Assembly: GCA_963677105.1 (NCBI GenBank)
Contig: OY781871.1
Span: forward strand, 600,001 to 632,000
DNA: 32,000 bases
Direction of reading: 5' to 3'
From: Candidatus Saccharimonadota bacterium
Lineage (GTDB): Bacteria > Patescibacteriota > Gracilibacteria > UBA4473
Shown here piece by piece: positions 25,034 to 32,000 of this stretch. The notes below the pieces were generated by a model, which saw only the letters and a program-made list of their open reading frames with translations, was not told the origin of the DNA and did not search any database. Each line of letters opens with the position of its first letter. The stretch's first letter is position 1. The translations under genes and the position numbers were made by a program.

Positions 25034-26089
25034 CTAAACACGCATCTTTTTCAGCTTTTCTAAACACGGACCATTTGTGTCCAAAAATGCATATCCATCA
25101 AATTTGTGTGGAGGAACCCAACGAATTTCTTGTCCCTCCTTTGCAACAGGTTTTCCTTTTTGAATTTGGCACCGATGAAATCGAAGTAACAATTCCGTGC
25201 GCTCGAATTCCAGCAAAATCTCACAAAAATGCGGACGAACAGAGACTTCGATTCCAAGTTCTTCTCGGATTTCTCGTTTTACGCAATCTCGAAAAGATTC
25301 ACCTTTTTCTCTTTTTCCACCAGGAAATTCCCATTGTCCAACAAAAGATTTTCCCATTGGACGTGTTTGAACGAGATATTTTCCATTTCGTAAAATGCAT
25401 GCTGCTCCAACTTCTATGCGGAACTTATGAGATTTTTTTTTTGTTTTTTTAGTGCGTTTCTTTTTTTCTGGCTTAAAAGCCTCTAGTGTTTTTTCTGTGA
25501 AAAAATTTCCGAGTTCTCCGTCAATTTTTATTCCGGCACGAATTGCACTTGCAAGATCCATCATTGCATTATTCCACATTCTTCCAGAAGAAGCCTTTTC
25601 TACTAATTGTTTTGCGGTGTTTTCTATATTTTCTCCTGGACAAAGAACTTCGATAATTTTTTGAATATTGGTGTCGATAGCTGCAACTTTTTCATCCCAA
25701 GCAAACGCACGAATTGCGTGTGCTGTATATGTTCCAACTCCTGATAATGATTCCAGATCACGTTGTGTTTGGGGAAACTTTCCATCAAATTCATTTACAA
25801 TTTTTTGAGCTGCACGCAGCATGTTTTTTCCACGAGAATAAAATCCCAATCCTCTCCATACAGGAAAAACATCTTTCCATTTCGCCGCAGCGAGATCTTG
25901 CACTGTTGGAAATCTTTTTAAAAAATTTGGATAAAAATCCTTTTTTACGCGTGGTACTTGTGTTTGCTGGAGCATTACTTCTGAAACCCAAATATGATAT
26001 GGATCAGTAGTTTCACGCCATGGTAATTTTCGTCCGTGAACGATATACCATTGTTCAAGTGCCGTCGAAAATTTCGCCGGATCAATCAT
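25034..26089 (-). CDS. mutY: MutY-like HhH-GPD adenine glycosylase lacking the Fe-S cysteine loop, fused to an intact Nudix (MutT-like) domain
   Basis: The N-terminal half has WVSEVMLQQTQV (catalytic Glu context), GVGTYTAHAI (HhH) and IDTNIQK (Asp). After MDLASAI there is no C-x6-C-x2-C-x5-C. A K-rich linker precedes the Nudix box GGKREKGESFRDCVKREIREELGI. Confidence 0.8.
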   Translation of the reverse strand: MIDPAKFSTALEQWYIVHGRKLPWRETTDPYHIWVSEVMLQQTQVPRVKKDFYPNFLKRFPTVQDLAAAKWKDVFPVWRGLGFYSRGKNMLRAAQKIVNEFDGKFPQTQRDLESLSGVGTYTAHAIRAFAWDEKVAAIDTNIQKIIEVLCPGENIENTAKQLVEKASSGRMWNNAMMDLASAIRAGIKIDGELGNFFTEKTLEAFKPEKKKRTKKTKKKSHKFRIEVGAACILRNGKYLVQTRPMGKSFVGQWEFPGGKREKGESFRDCVKREIREELGIEVSVRPHFCEILLEFERTELLLRFHRCQIQKGKPVAKEGQEIRWVPPHKFDGYAFLDTNGPCLEKLKKMRV

Positions 26090-26132
26090 GTCGTTTGAAG
26101 TTTCTCTGAAAACGATTATTCACGCAAATTTT

Positions 26133-27671
26133 TTACGCAGCGCCAGCGAAGACAAAGTAGTAAACAAGTGTCCAAGAAGAAAGTGCGAGGATAAGACCAA
26201 TCGCAGCGCTTTTGATAATTTTTTTTGCATCCTCCACTTGTGTGTCATCACCAAAATGAACAATCATTTTTATTCCTGCATAAATCATCGCAATAACGGC
26301 AAGAATTCCAATAAAACTTAAAAGGAAATTTAGCCATTTTGCTACAATCAAAATCATTCCTTTTATATTCGGCATCACTAGTTGATTATTATCTGTAAAT
26401 GTATCAATAATTGGTCGAATTGAAATAATGAGAATAAGTCCCATCATAGAGAGGAAAATTCGTCTTTTAATATCAGTTTTTTTCCCATCCTCTCCTGCAG
26501 AAATAATTAATAAAATTGCGTTATATACAATAAAAGCAATAGCGATAATTGCGAGGAAAGATGTAAACATATCGAATACTCCACTTACTTCTTCGAGTCC
26601 TCGTTGAGCAAAATCTGCCGTATCAGCAGTTCTTAATATTTCACCATTGCGACCAAAAATAACCCAATCAACAATCGTCACAGCGAATGTCATCGTTAAA
26701 AATCCTAAAAGAATTCCAATCAAATTATGAACTTTTTTATTCAGTTTTTCTTCGTCTTGAAATAGTACAAAAATTTCAATTCCACTATAAGCGAGCAGCA
26801 TAATAGCAATTGGAATCATTACCTTTTTCATAACACCAATAACTCTTTCTACTATAGATCGAAACTGACTTGTTCCTTCAGAATTTGTTCCAGTGTAATC
26901 AAAAAGATCAGTTTCTTTTCCAAGAAATGTTCCTTTAGAAGCGTCTTGACCATTGAATCGTTGAAATAGTACAGAAGAATCTGGCACAGTAAATCCCATT
27001 TCTTGCCAAGTTCCAGTAAACCAAGCAACTCTATATGCAATAGCTTTTCCAAGAACTGCATATGCGGCTTTCATTTTCTTCTCTTTCCGACTTTCATCTC
27101 CATTAACAACAACAATTGGACCTGTTAATTTTCGGCCATTAATGCCAATAATTGCACGAATATGAGTTATTCCATCGAATTCTCGGTTTTTACTTATAAT
27201 TTGAACTTCATCGGCAATATTTATCGATTCAAAATAAATAGCAACAGTACTTACATCAATTGCGTTTAATTTCATTGCAGCATATTCCGGTTCTAAATCT
27301 TTTGGAACCCAAAAATCTGTAATAAGAGGTTTATCATGTTCATTTAATTTCACATTAATTGCTCCAATTGCAGCATTTCCAAGGATTATTTTTTGTCGTA
27401 ACTCAGTGTCATTCACAGAATCAAAAAATAATAATTTAATGTCTATAGTGGGAATAAGATCAGAATCACCAGTTGAAACAGTTGCTTCAGTCGCATTGGT
27501 AATAGAATATGGTTGTGGTTCGGGGAGAGGATTTACAGTTGCAGTCGTTATCGTTAAAGTTCGATATGGTTCTTTTTCAGATACGACATTATCTGGAACA
27601 ACATCATTTGCAAAAGTTACTCCCGTTAGAAACGGAATCGCAATAAGAAGAAGCCAGAATAATTTTTTCAT
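26133..27671 (-). CDS. Membrane protein with a signal peptide, a ~270-aa extracellular domain and three tandem VirB2/TrbC-like pilin hairpin modules
   Basis: The three hairpins are ...AYSGIEIFVLFQDEEKLNKKVHNLIGILLGF..., ...YNAILLIISAGEDGKKTDIKRRIFLSMMGLIL... and ...YAGIKMIVHFGDDTQVEDAKKIIKSAAIGLILALSS.... The start abuts the upstream stop with a 0-nt gap. Confidence 0.7.
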   Translation of the reverse strand: MKKLFWLLLIAIPFLTGVTFANDVVPDNVVSEKEPYRTLTITTATVNPLPEPQPYSITNATEATVSTGDSDLIPTIDIKLLFFDSVNDTELRQKIILGNAAIGAINVKLNEHDKPLITDFWVPKDLEPEYAAMKLNAIDVSTVAIYFESINIADEVQIISKNREFDGITHIRAIIGINGRKLTGPIVVVNGDESRKEKKMKAAYAVLGKAIAYRVAWFTGTWQEMGFTVPDSSVLFQRFNGQDASKGTFLGKETDLFDYTGTNSEGTSQFRSIVERVIGVMKKVMIPIAIMLLAYSGIEIFVLFQDEEKLNKKVHNLIGILLGFLTMTFAVTIVDWVIFGRNGEILRTADTADFAQRGLEEVSGVFDMFTSFLAIIAIAFIVYNAILLIISAGEDGKKTDIKRRIFLSMMGLILIISIRPIIDTFTDNNQLVMPNIKGMILIVAKWLNFLLSFIGILAVIAMIYAGIKMIVHFGDDTQVEDAKKIIKSAAIGLILALSSWTLVYYFVFAGAA

Positions 27672-28811
27672 TTAACGAATAAGAAAACGAACGAGAACGT
27701 AACTTGCAGAAGCAATAATAATTCCCAAAATACTAGTTTTAATCATTCCTTTTGCTTTTGTTGTTTGCTCCTCGTTTCCAAAGCTAATTACAAAATACAG
27801 ACTTGAAAGAACAAGCATTGCCATTGCTGCAATAGCGACTAATGAAAGCACGAAATTTATAAGTCCAGCAACTTCTGTTACAACCATTTCAGTTGTTTTG
27901 TCTGCGGAATCTTGGAACGAGAAAATACGTATAATAATTTCTGACATCAATATCATAATTGATCCCATTATCATCGACTTGAAGAAAGTTTTAATAAAAG
28001 TAGAAGATTCTTCTCCTTCACCATTCATAACCAATTTGTATCCTGTGATAAGGGCACTGACAAGGAAAAATGCCCCTGCTGAATATTCAAAGAATCGGAC
28101 AATGGCACTGACCTTTTCAGATAATTTAATTTGAGTAGAAGTAGACAAAACCTCATTTCCAGACGGATTAAAGAGCTCGAACCCAATAAATTCTGCAAGA
28201 GAAATAATTGTTAACCCCAGAACGGTCCAAGCGAGCTGTTGTTTATATTGAGTGATTTTTTCTTCGTCTCCCATTGCCATTATATATTTCAGTCCCAATA
28301 TAACTATAAAAAGAATGGCAAGTGCTCCAAGAATACGATTAACGGTTCGTAATAATTCTCCAGTAAAAATAGAGCGTAATTTATCTTGAGTTGTTTTAGT
28401 TAAGCCGTCTCCGATACGCATTACAATATTTTTCGTAAAAGCAGAATCATAATTCTCATCAGACAAAACGAGTTGGTTTGTACTAGAACAAAGATCAATT
28501 GCGGAATCAGAAGCTTTTACAACGGCTTTATATTTTTCTTTGGCAAGATTATGATCGTTACTATTAAATGCGATGTTTCCCGCAAGAAATTCGTCATTTG
28601 ATTCTATTTGATAGGAGAGAGATTCTTTATAAGAAGTAGAACTTTTTGTCGCTGCTTCACATGTAGATACCATTGTTTCATGAATTGCTTCTGCCTGCAA
28701 TTTTGCATGATTTGCTTCCTGGAGAAGGAGATCAGCTTCAGAATTATCTGCCTGAGCAATGTTGCCGAGACAAAGTATCGAGAAAGTAAGTACGAGAAAG
28801 AGTTTCTTCAT
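27672..28811 (-). CDS. Membrane protein with a signal peptide, a ~150-aa extracellular domain and three tandem VirB2/TrbC-like pilin hairpin modules
   Basis: I chose ATG 28811 (MKKLFLVLTFSILCLGNIAQA) on signal-peptide and promoter geometry; the listed ORF extends to 28874. The hairpins are LKYIMAMGDEEKITQYKQQLAWTVLGL, YKLVMNGEGEESSTFIKTFFKSMIMGS and LYFVISFGNEEQTTKAKGMIKTSILGIIIASAS. Confidence 0.7.
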   Translation of the reverse strand: MKKLFLVLTFSILCLGNIAQADNSEADLLLQEANHAKLQAEAIHETMVSTCEAATKSSTSYKESLSYQIESNDEFLAGNIAFNSNDHNLAKEKYKAVVKASDSAIDLCSSTNQLVLSDENYDSAFTKNIVMRIGDGLTKTTQDKLRSIFTGELLRTVNRILGALAILFIVILGLKYIMAMGDEEKITQYKQQLAWTVLGLTIISLAEFIGFELFNPSGNEVLSTSTQIKLSEKVSAIVRFFEYSAGAFFLVSALITGYKLVMNGEGEESSTFIKTFFKSMIMGSIMILMSEIIIRIFSFQDSADKTTEMVVTEVAGLINFVLSLVAIAAMAMLVLSSLYFVISFGNEEQTTKAKGMIKTSILGIIIASASYVLVRFLIR

Positions 28812-28818
28812 TCCAGAC

Positions 28819-28847
28819 ATTATACATAAAAAAGTCTTTTTCTTCAA
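28819..28847 (-). promoter_or_regulatory. Strong promoter with leaderless geometry for the pilin-module operon
   Basis: On the minus strand: TTGAAG (28847-28842), 17 nt, TG-extended TATAAT (28824-28819), 7 nt (GTCTGGA), then ATG 28811. Confidence 0.7.
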
Positions 28848-28909
28848 ATAATTTTGACAAAAGGGACGGAGCAATTAAACTCTCGTCGGTTTGATCTTTT
28901 GAAACACAG

Positions 28910-29146
28910 ATGTTAATAGCGTTACTACTGGTTCCCGTGGGAATACTCGTGATTGTTAAATCTGCTCGAATAGGGGACTTTTTTGGAGAAATTTCTTTTG
29001 CTGAAAAAGTTTTTGGGAGCGGAGGAACATATACATTCATAAAATTGTTTGGCGTTATTATAACAATTCTCTCCATTATGTGGTTGACCGGTGGTCCGCA
29101 AGAGTTCTTGCGAAATCATCTTAACATATTTTTTGGAGGTTCCTGA
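28910..29146 (+). CDS. Hypothetical small membrane protein (78 aa, two predicted TM helices)
   Basis: The hydrophobic helices are LIALLLVPVGILVIV and LFGVIITILSIMWL. An in-frame TGA at 28892 blocks any upstream extension. A possible promoter is TTGACA (28854-28859), 16 nt, TAAACT. Confidence 0.55.
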   Translation: MLIALLLVPVGILVIVKSARIGDFFGEISFAEKVFGSGGTYTFIKLFGVIITILSIMWLTGGPQEFLRNHLNIFFGGS

Positions 29147-29151
29147 TATTC

Positions 29152-29228
29152 GGGGCTGTAGCTCAGCTGGCTAGAGCACCTGCTTTGCAAGCAGGGGGTC
29201 CAGGGTTCGAGTCCCTGTAGCTCCACCA
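29152..29228 (+). tRNA. tRNA-Ala (anticodon UGC), CCA encoded
   Basis: A cloverleaf can be folded by hand. The acceptor pairs GGGGCTG with TAGCTCC and includes the G3:U70 alanine identity pair. The anticodon loop is TTTGCAA and the T-loop is TTCGAGT. The 3' end is ACCA. Confidence 0.93.
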
Positions 29229-29305
29229 TTTTATTCTAGGAAACAGAATTCTTTTTTCCACGCAAAAAACGCTCTGCGAATTTTGCCAGAGATCAAACCT
29301 ACTTC

Positions 29306-29380
29306 GGGCGAGTAGCTCAGCGGTAGAGCAGTGGCCTTTTAAGCCATTGGCCGAGAGTTCGAATCTCTCCTCGCCCACCA
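29306..29380 (+). tRNA. tRNA-Lys (anticodon UUU), CCA encoded
   Basis: The acceptor pairs GGGCGAG with CTCGCCC. The anticodon stem pairs GTGGC with GCCAT around the loop CTTTTAA. The T-arm is GAGAG-TTCGAAT-CTCTC. The 3' end is ACCA. Confidence 0.92.
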
Positions 29381-29513
29381 GTTGTCCCGTTTTACGAGAC
29401 TTAAAATATTAAATTTCAAACTTCAATCTTGAGAGAAAGAAGTTTTTTGTTCTATGAAAAATTTCGTTCTCTAGATTTTATTATTTAAACTTTATAAATT
29501 TAAGTGAAGTGCC

Positions 29514-29542
29514 TTGAGTTCATCTGTTTTTCATGCTACAAA
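29514..29542 (+). promoter_or_regulatory. Promoter with leaderless geometry for dnaG
   Basis: TTGAGT (29514-29519), 17 nt, TACAAA (29537-29542), 8 nt, then ATG 29551. The listed ATG 29533 lies inside the spacer. Confidence 0.55.
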
Positions 29543-29550
29543 TCAAACAC

Positions 29551-31218
29551 ATGAAAGAAAGATTTGTTGAAGATTTAAAAACGCGTTTGGACATTGTTGA
29601 AATTGTTCGGCGATATGCGCAGTTGAAAAAATCTGGGAAAAATTGGATGTGTCGGTCGCCATTTCGAAACGAACGAACACCAAGTTTCTGCGTGTCGCCA
29701 GACAAACAGTTTTGGTATGATTTTGGAAATGCCGAAGGAGGAGACGCAATTTCATTTATTGAAAAAATGGAAAATTTGTCCTTTCAGGAAGCAGTACAAT
29801 TTTTGGCAGATATAGCAGGAATAGAAGTTCCTAAAAATTTTGGAGACGGAGCCGTTTCTCGTGAACAAAAACAAGATTTATTTGGCTTGCATGCCGCTGC
29901 TGCAGAGTATTTTTCACTCCAATTGGAAAAAAATTCTGAAGCAAAAAAATACTTAGAAGATCGTGGCATTTCGAGTGAAATAAGGAAAGAATGGAATATT
30001 GGATATGGTGGAGAAAAAGAAGACGGAATGACACAATTCCTTTTAGAAAAAGGATTTAACGCAGATCAAATAGAAAAATCAGGTGTTTCCTTTGTGCGAG
30101 AATTTGGAAACAAAAAAATGAGAGACAGATTTGATCGTCGAGTGCTTTTACCGATTTGTGAGCCACGAAATGGAGAAATAATAGCCTTTTCTGGGCGTAA
30201 AATTTTCGAAGAACAAGGAGGAGGAAAATACATTAATTCTCCAGAAAATCCGGTGTATCATAAAAGTGCGACGTTGTTTGGTCTCCATCGTGCACGAAAA
30301 AAAATTCAAATGCGTGATGCCGTATTATTAGTGGAAGGAAATTTTGATGTAATTTCTGCTCATTCAGCGGGATTCGAACATTGTGTTGCGACCTGCGGAA
30401 CAGCATTAACAGATGATCATTTGCGTATTTTGAAAAGGTTAACGAATACCGTTTTACTCGCATTTGATTCTGATAAAGCAGGAAAAAAAGCAACTTTGCG
30501 TGGTGTAGAAATGTGTCTTCGAGAAGAAATGACACCAAGAATTGTGGAAATTTCAGGGGGGAAAGATTTAGATGAAATGTTTCAAAAAACACCTGAGGAA
30601 GCGAAAAAATCAATTGAAGGAGCACGAGAAGCACTAGATTTTCTGTTTGAAAAATTTGCAATAAAAAATCTTGATGGCTCAGTAAAAGGTGAGACGAAAT
30701 TTTTAGATTCATTTTTCTTTTTCTTACGTCTGGTCTCTCGTCCAATTGAAGTGGATGAATGGTTGAGTCGCATTGCAAAAAAAACAAAGAGATCTCGGCA
30801 AGTTATTGATCAAGAATTCAAGCGGTTCGTTGCAGGAAACGCAAAAGAGCAGGGATATCAGAAAGAGAAAACAACGGAATCAAGTATTTCTAAATTTACT
30901 CGTGAAGAATCTTTTGTTGGTTTTTTATCAGTTTTCTGGGACTTTTTCGGTCCAAAATTAGAAGGAAAAGAAGAGCTTTCAGAGCTTTTACTAGAAGAAT
31001 TACCAAGAACATTATTAAAAAAGAAGATTTTGAAACAGGAAATTTCTACGGAAGAAAATTTACAAATATCTGCATGGGAATTACATGAAGCCAACAAATA
31101 CGATGAAGATTTTTCTGATGAAAATAAGAAAAAAGAATTCGATCGGTTTGTGAAATTATTTAAAATAGGAAAAGAGAAACGCGGTCGATTAGAACAGGCT
31201 CGTAATTTAAAATTTTAA
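29551..31218 (+). CDS. dnaG: DNA primase DnaG with a degenerate zinc-ribbon
   Basis: DIVEIVRRYAQLKKSGKNW...PFRNERTPSF is the primase N-terminal pattern. The TOPRIM motifs are LVEGNFDVIS and AFDSDKAGKKA. I chose ATG 29551; the alternative is 29533. Confidence 0.9.
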   Translation: MKERFVEDLKTRLDIVEIVRRYAQLKKSGKNWMCRSPFRNERTPSFCVSPDKQFWYDFGNAEGGDAISFIEKMENLSFQEAVQFLADIAGIEVPKNFGDGAVSREQKQDLFGLHAAAAEYFSLQLEKNSEAKKYLEDRGISSEIRKEWNIGYGGEKEDGMTQFLLEKGFNADQIEKSGVSFVREFGNKKMRDRFDRRVLLPICEPRNGEIIAFSGRKIFEEQGGGKYINSPENPVYHKSATLFGLHRARKKIQMRDAVLLVEGNFDVISAHSAGFEHCVATCGTALTDDHLRILKRLTNTVLLAFDSDKAGKKATLRGVEMCLREEMTPRIVEISGGKDLDEMFQKTPEEAKKSIEGAREALDFLFEKFAIKNLDGSVKGETKFLDSFFFFLRLVSRPIEVDEWLSRIAKKTKRSRQVIDQEFKRFVAGNAKEQGYQKEKTTESSISKFTREESFVGFLSVFWDFFGPKLEGKEELSELLLEELPRTLLKKKILKQEISTEENLQISAWELHEANKYDEDFSDENKKKEFDRFVKLFKIGKEKRGRLEQARNLKF

Positions 31219-31221
31219 AAA

Positions 31222-31737
31222 ATGAGAACAGAATCAGAACCAAAGATTACACAGAGTACGCACAAAGAACTGTCTTCTTTGCAACAAGAAATCGTTGCAG
31301 AATTAACAAAAGCTGAAAATTCAGAAGCGCGAGTTCGGATGTATGGAGAATTAGTTGATACATACGGAGTAGACGCGTTAGTTGGATTTTTGTTGCCAGA
31401 AATGGGCGACGCAACATCTTCAATTATTTCCGGTTTATATCTTTTATTCGAAGCAAAGGCAGCAGGATTATCGAAAACGGAATATTTAAAAATAGTTGGT
31501 CTACAAACAGCAGATATGTTTGTCGGAGCGATTCCTATAGTTGGAGATATTGCCGACTATTTTTTCCAAGCGAATAAATGGAGTACTGGGTTTTTTGAAA
31601 AACGCGCAGAGGAATTGGAGAAAAAAGCTCGTGAATTAGGAATTGATGAATCTCAAATTGCTCAAATTCGAACAAAAGCTGAAATTTTGCCACAAATTGT
31701 GGGAGAAGTGGTAAAAACAAAACAAGAGTTAGCATAG
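31222..31737 (+). CDS. DUF4112-like membrane-associated protein
   Basis: GVDALVGFLLPEMGDATSSIISGLYLLFEAKAAGL...ADMFVGAIPIVGDIADYFFQANKWS matches my memory of the two-GD-motif DUF4112 pattern. It starts 3 nt after the dnaG stop. Confidence 0.6.
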   Translation: MRTESEPKITQSTHKELSSLQQEIVAELTKAENSEARVRMYGELVDTYGVDALVGFLLPEMGDATSSIISGLYLLFEAKAAGLSKTEYLKIVGLQTADMFVGAIPIVGDIADYFFQANKWSTGFFEKRAEELEKKARELGIDESQIAQIRTKAEILPQIVGEVVKTKQELA

Positions 31738-31769
31738 AAATAGGTATAAAATTTATCTGGGGAAAAGTT

Positions 31770-31798
31770 TTGACAGAAATTTTTTTAAGAAAGATATT
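31770..31798 (+). promoter_or_regulatory. Promoter with leaderless geometry for the permease gene
   Basis: TTGACA (31770-31775), 17 nt, GATATT (31793-31798), 7 nt, then ATG 31806. Confidence 0.55.
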
Positions 31799-31805
31799 GT
31801 GAGCA

Positions 31806-32000
31806 ATGTTTGATTTATTAGGAAATTGGATAGCGATTGATGTATTTGCTCTTTCAGGGAAATGGGCAGAGATGACAGAATTTTTTATTGCCGATACGAC
31901 AAAAATTCTTGTGTTACTTTTTCTTATTACACATGTAATGGGGTTTGTGCGTGCATATTTACCAATGGCAAAAGTACAAAATTTTCTTAATTCTCGTCGT
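31806..32000 (+). CDS. Predicted permease (COG0701/ArsP-like family), 3'-truncated by the window
   Basis: This ORF is not in the supplied track because it runs off the window. MFDLLGNWIAIDVFALSGKWAEMTEFFIADTTKILVLLFLITHVMGFVRAYLPMAKVQNFLNSRR resembles the N-terminus of this permease family. Confidence 0.55.
   Translation, partial: MFDLLGNWIAIDVFALSGKWAEMTEFFIADTTKILVLLFLITHVMGFVRAYLPMAKVQNFLNSRR

Noticed and set aside
28812-28874. N-terminal extensions given by the ORF track (28874, 19108, 10016, 10198, 29533, 1250).
   Set aside because: The extensions start at TTG or at poorly placed ATG codons and add non-signal residues in front of obvious signal peptides or conserved N-termini. They also overlap the promoter elements or SD that fit the downstream ATG. 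They are kept only as alternatives.
29163-29378. The 71-aa minus-strand ORF in the supplied track.
   Set aside because: It is the antisense read-through of tRNA-Ala and tRNA-Lys and the spacer between them, and has no independent coding evidence.
1-32000. An alternative genetic code, such as UGA recoding as in some CPR lineages.
   Set aside because: TGA terminates well-supported genes (rpsE, ftsK, DUF4411, the 78-aa ORF). Conserved proteins such as GuaB, RecG, FtsK and DnaG translate at full length in the standard code without internal stops.

Overview
This is an AT-rich, gene-dense chromosomal window that uses the standard code, since TGA is used as a stop and the long ORFs are intact. By inference it fits a CPR/Patescibacteria-type bacterium: rpsE runs straight into rplO with no L30 gene, there are several TrbC/VirB2-like 'T4SS pilin' hairpin proteins and a DUF4012-like protein, many proteins are large orphans, and Shine-Dalgarno sites are almost absent. 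Housekeeping genes are rpsE (5'-partial)-rplO, guaB, an SPFH/stomatin protein, uppS, recG, ftsK, a PfkB kinase, a mutY-like gene, tRNA-Ala(UGC), tRNA-Lys(UUU), dnaG, a DUF4112 protein and a 3'-partial permease. The main unusual content is: (1) A minus-strand cluster of two orphan helical giants (794 and 882 aa) flanks a 135-aa acidic protein, and the giants share a C-terminal module; a DUF4012-like membrane protein lies next to it. (2) T4SS-like parts are dispersed: a TraD/VirD4-like coupling ATPase, a 135-aa pilin-like protein, and two tandem genes that each carry three pilin-like hairpin modules behind an extracellular domain. (3) Three small foreign-looking insertions use AGA/AGG arginine codons, and two of them have perfect AGGAGG sites: a 237-aa coiled-coil cassette, an HTH-ImmA/IrrE + DUF4411(PIN-like) pair, and an LRR protein with a T9SS-type C-terminal sorting domain. 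(4) A decayed copy of the recG 3' end lies beyond uppS, so about 66-bp direct repeats bracket uppS. (5) At least five genes repeat the geometry -35/17 nt/-10/7-8 nt/ATG, which suggests leaderless mRNAs. (6) Heptad-phased CAAA/TTTG inverted-repeat elements occur in two intergenic regions. (7) Two repair/replication proteins are atypical: a MutY-like glycosylase with no Fe-S cysteine loop fused to an intact Nudix box, and a DnaG with a degenerate zinc ribbon. I saw no CRISPR array, rRNA, transposase or integrase.
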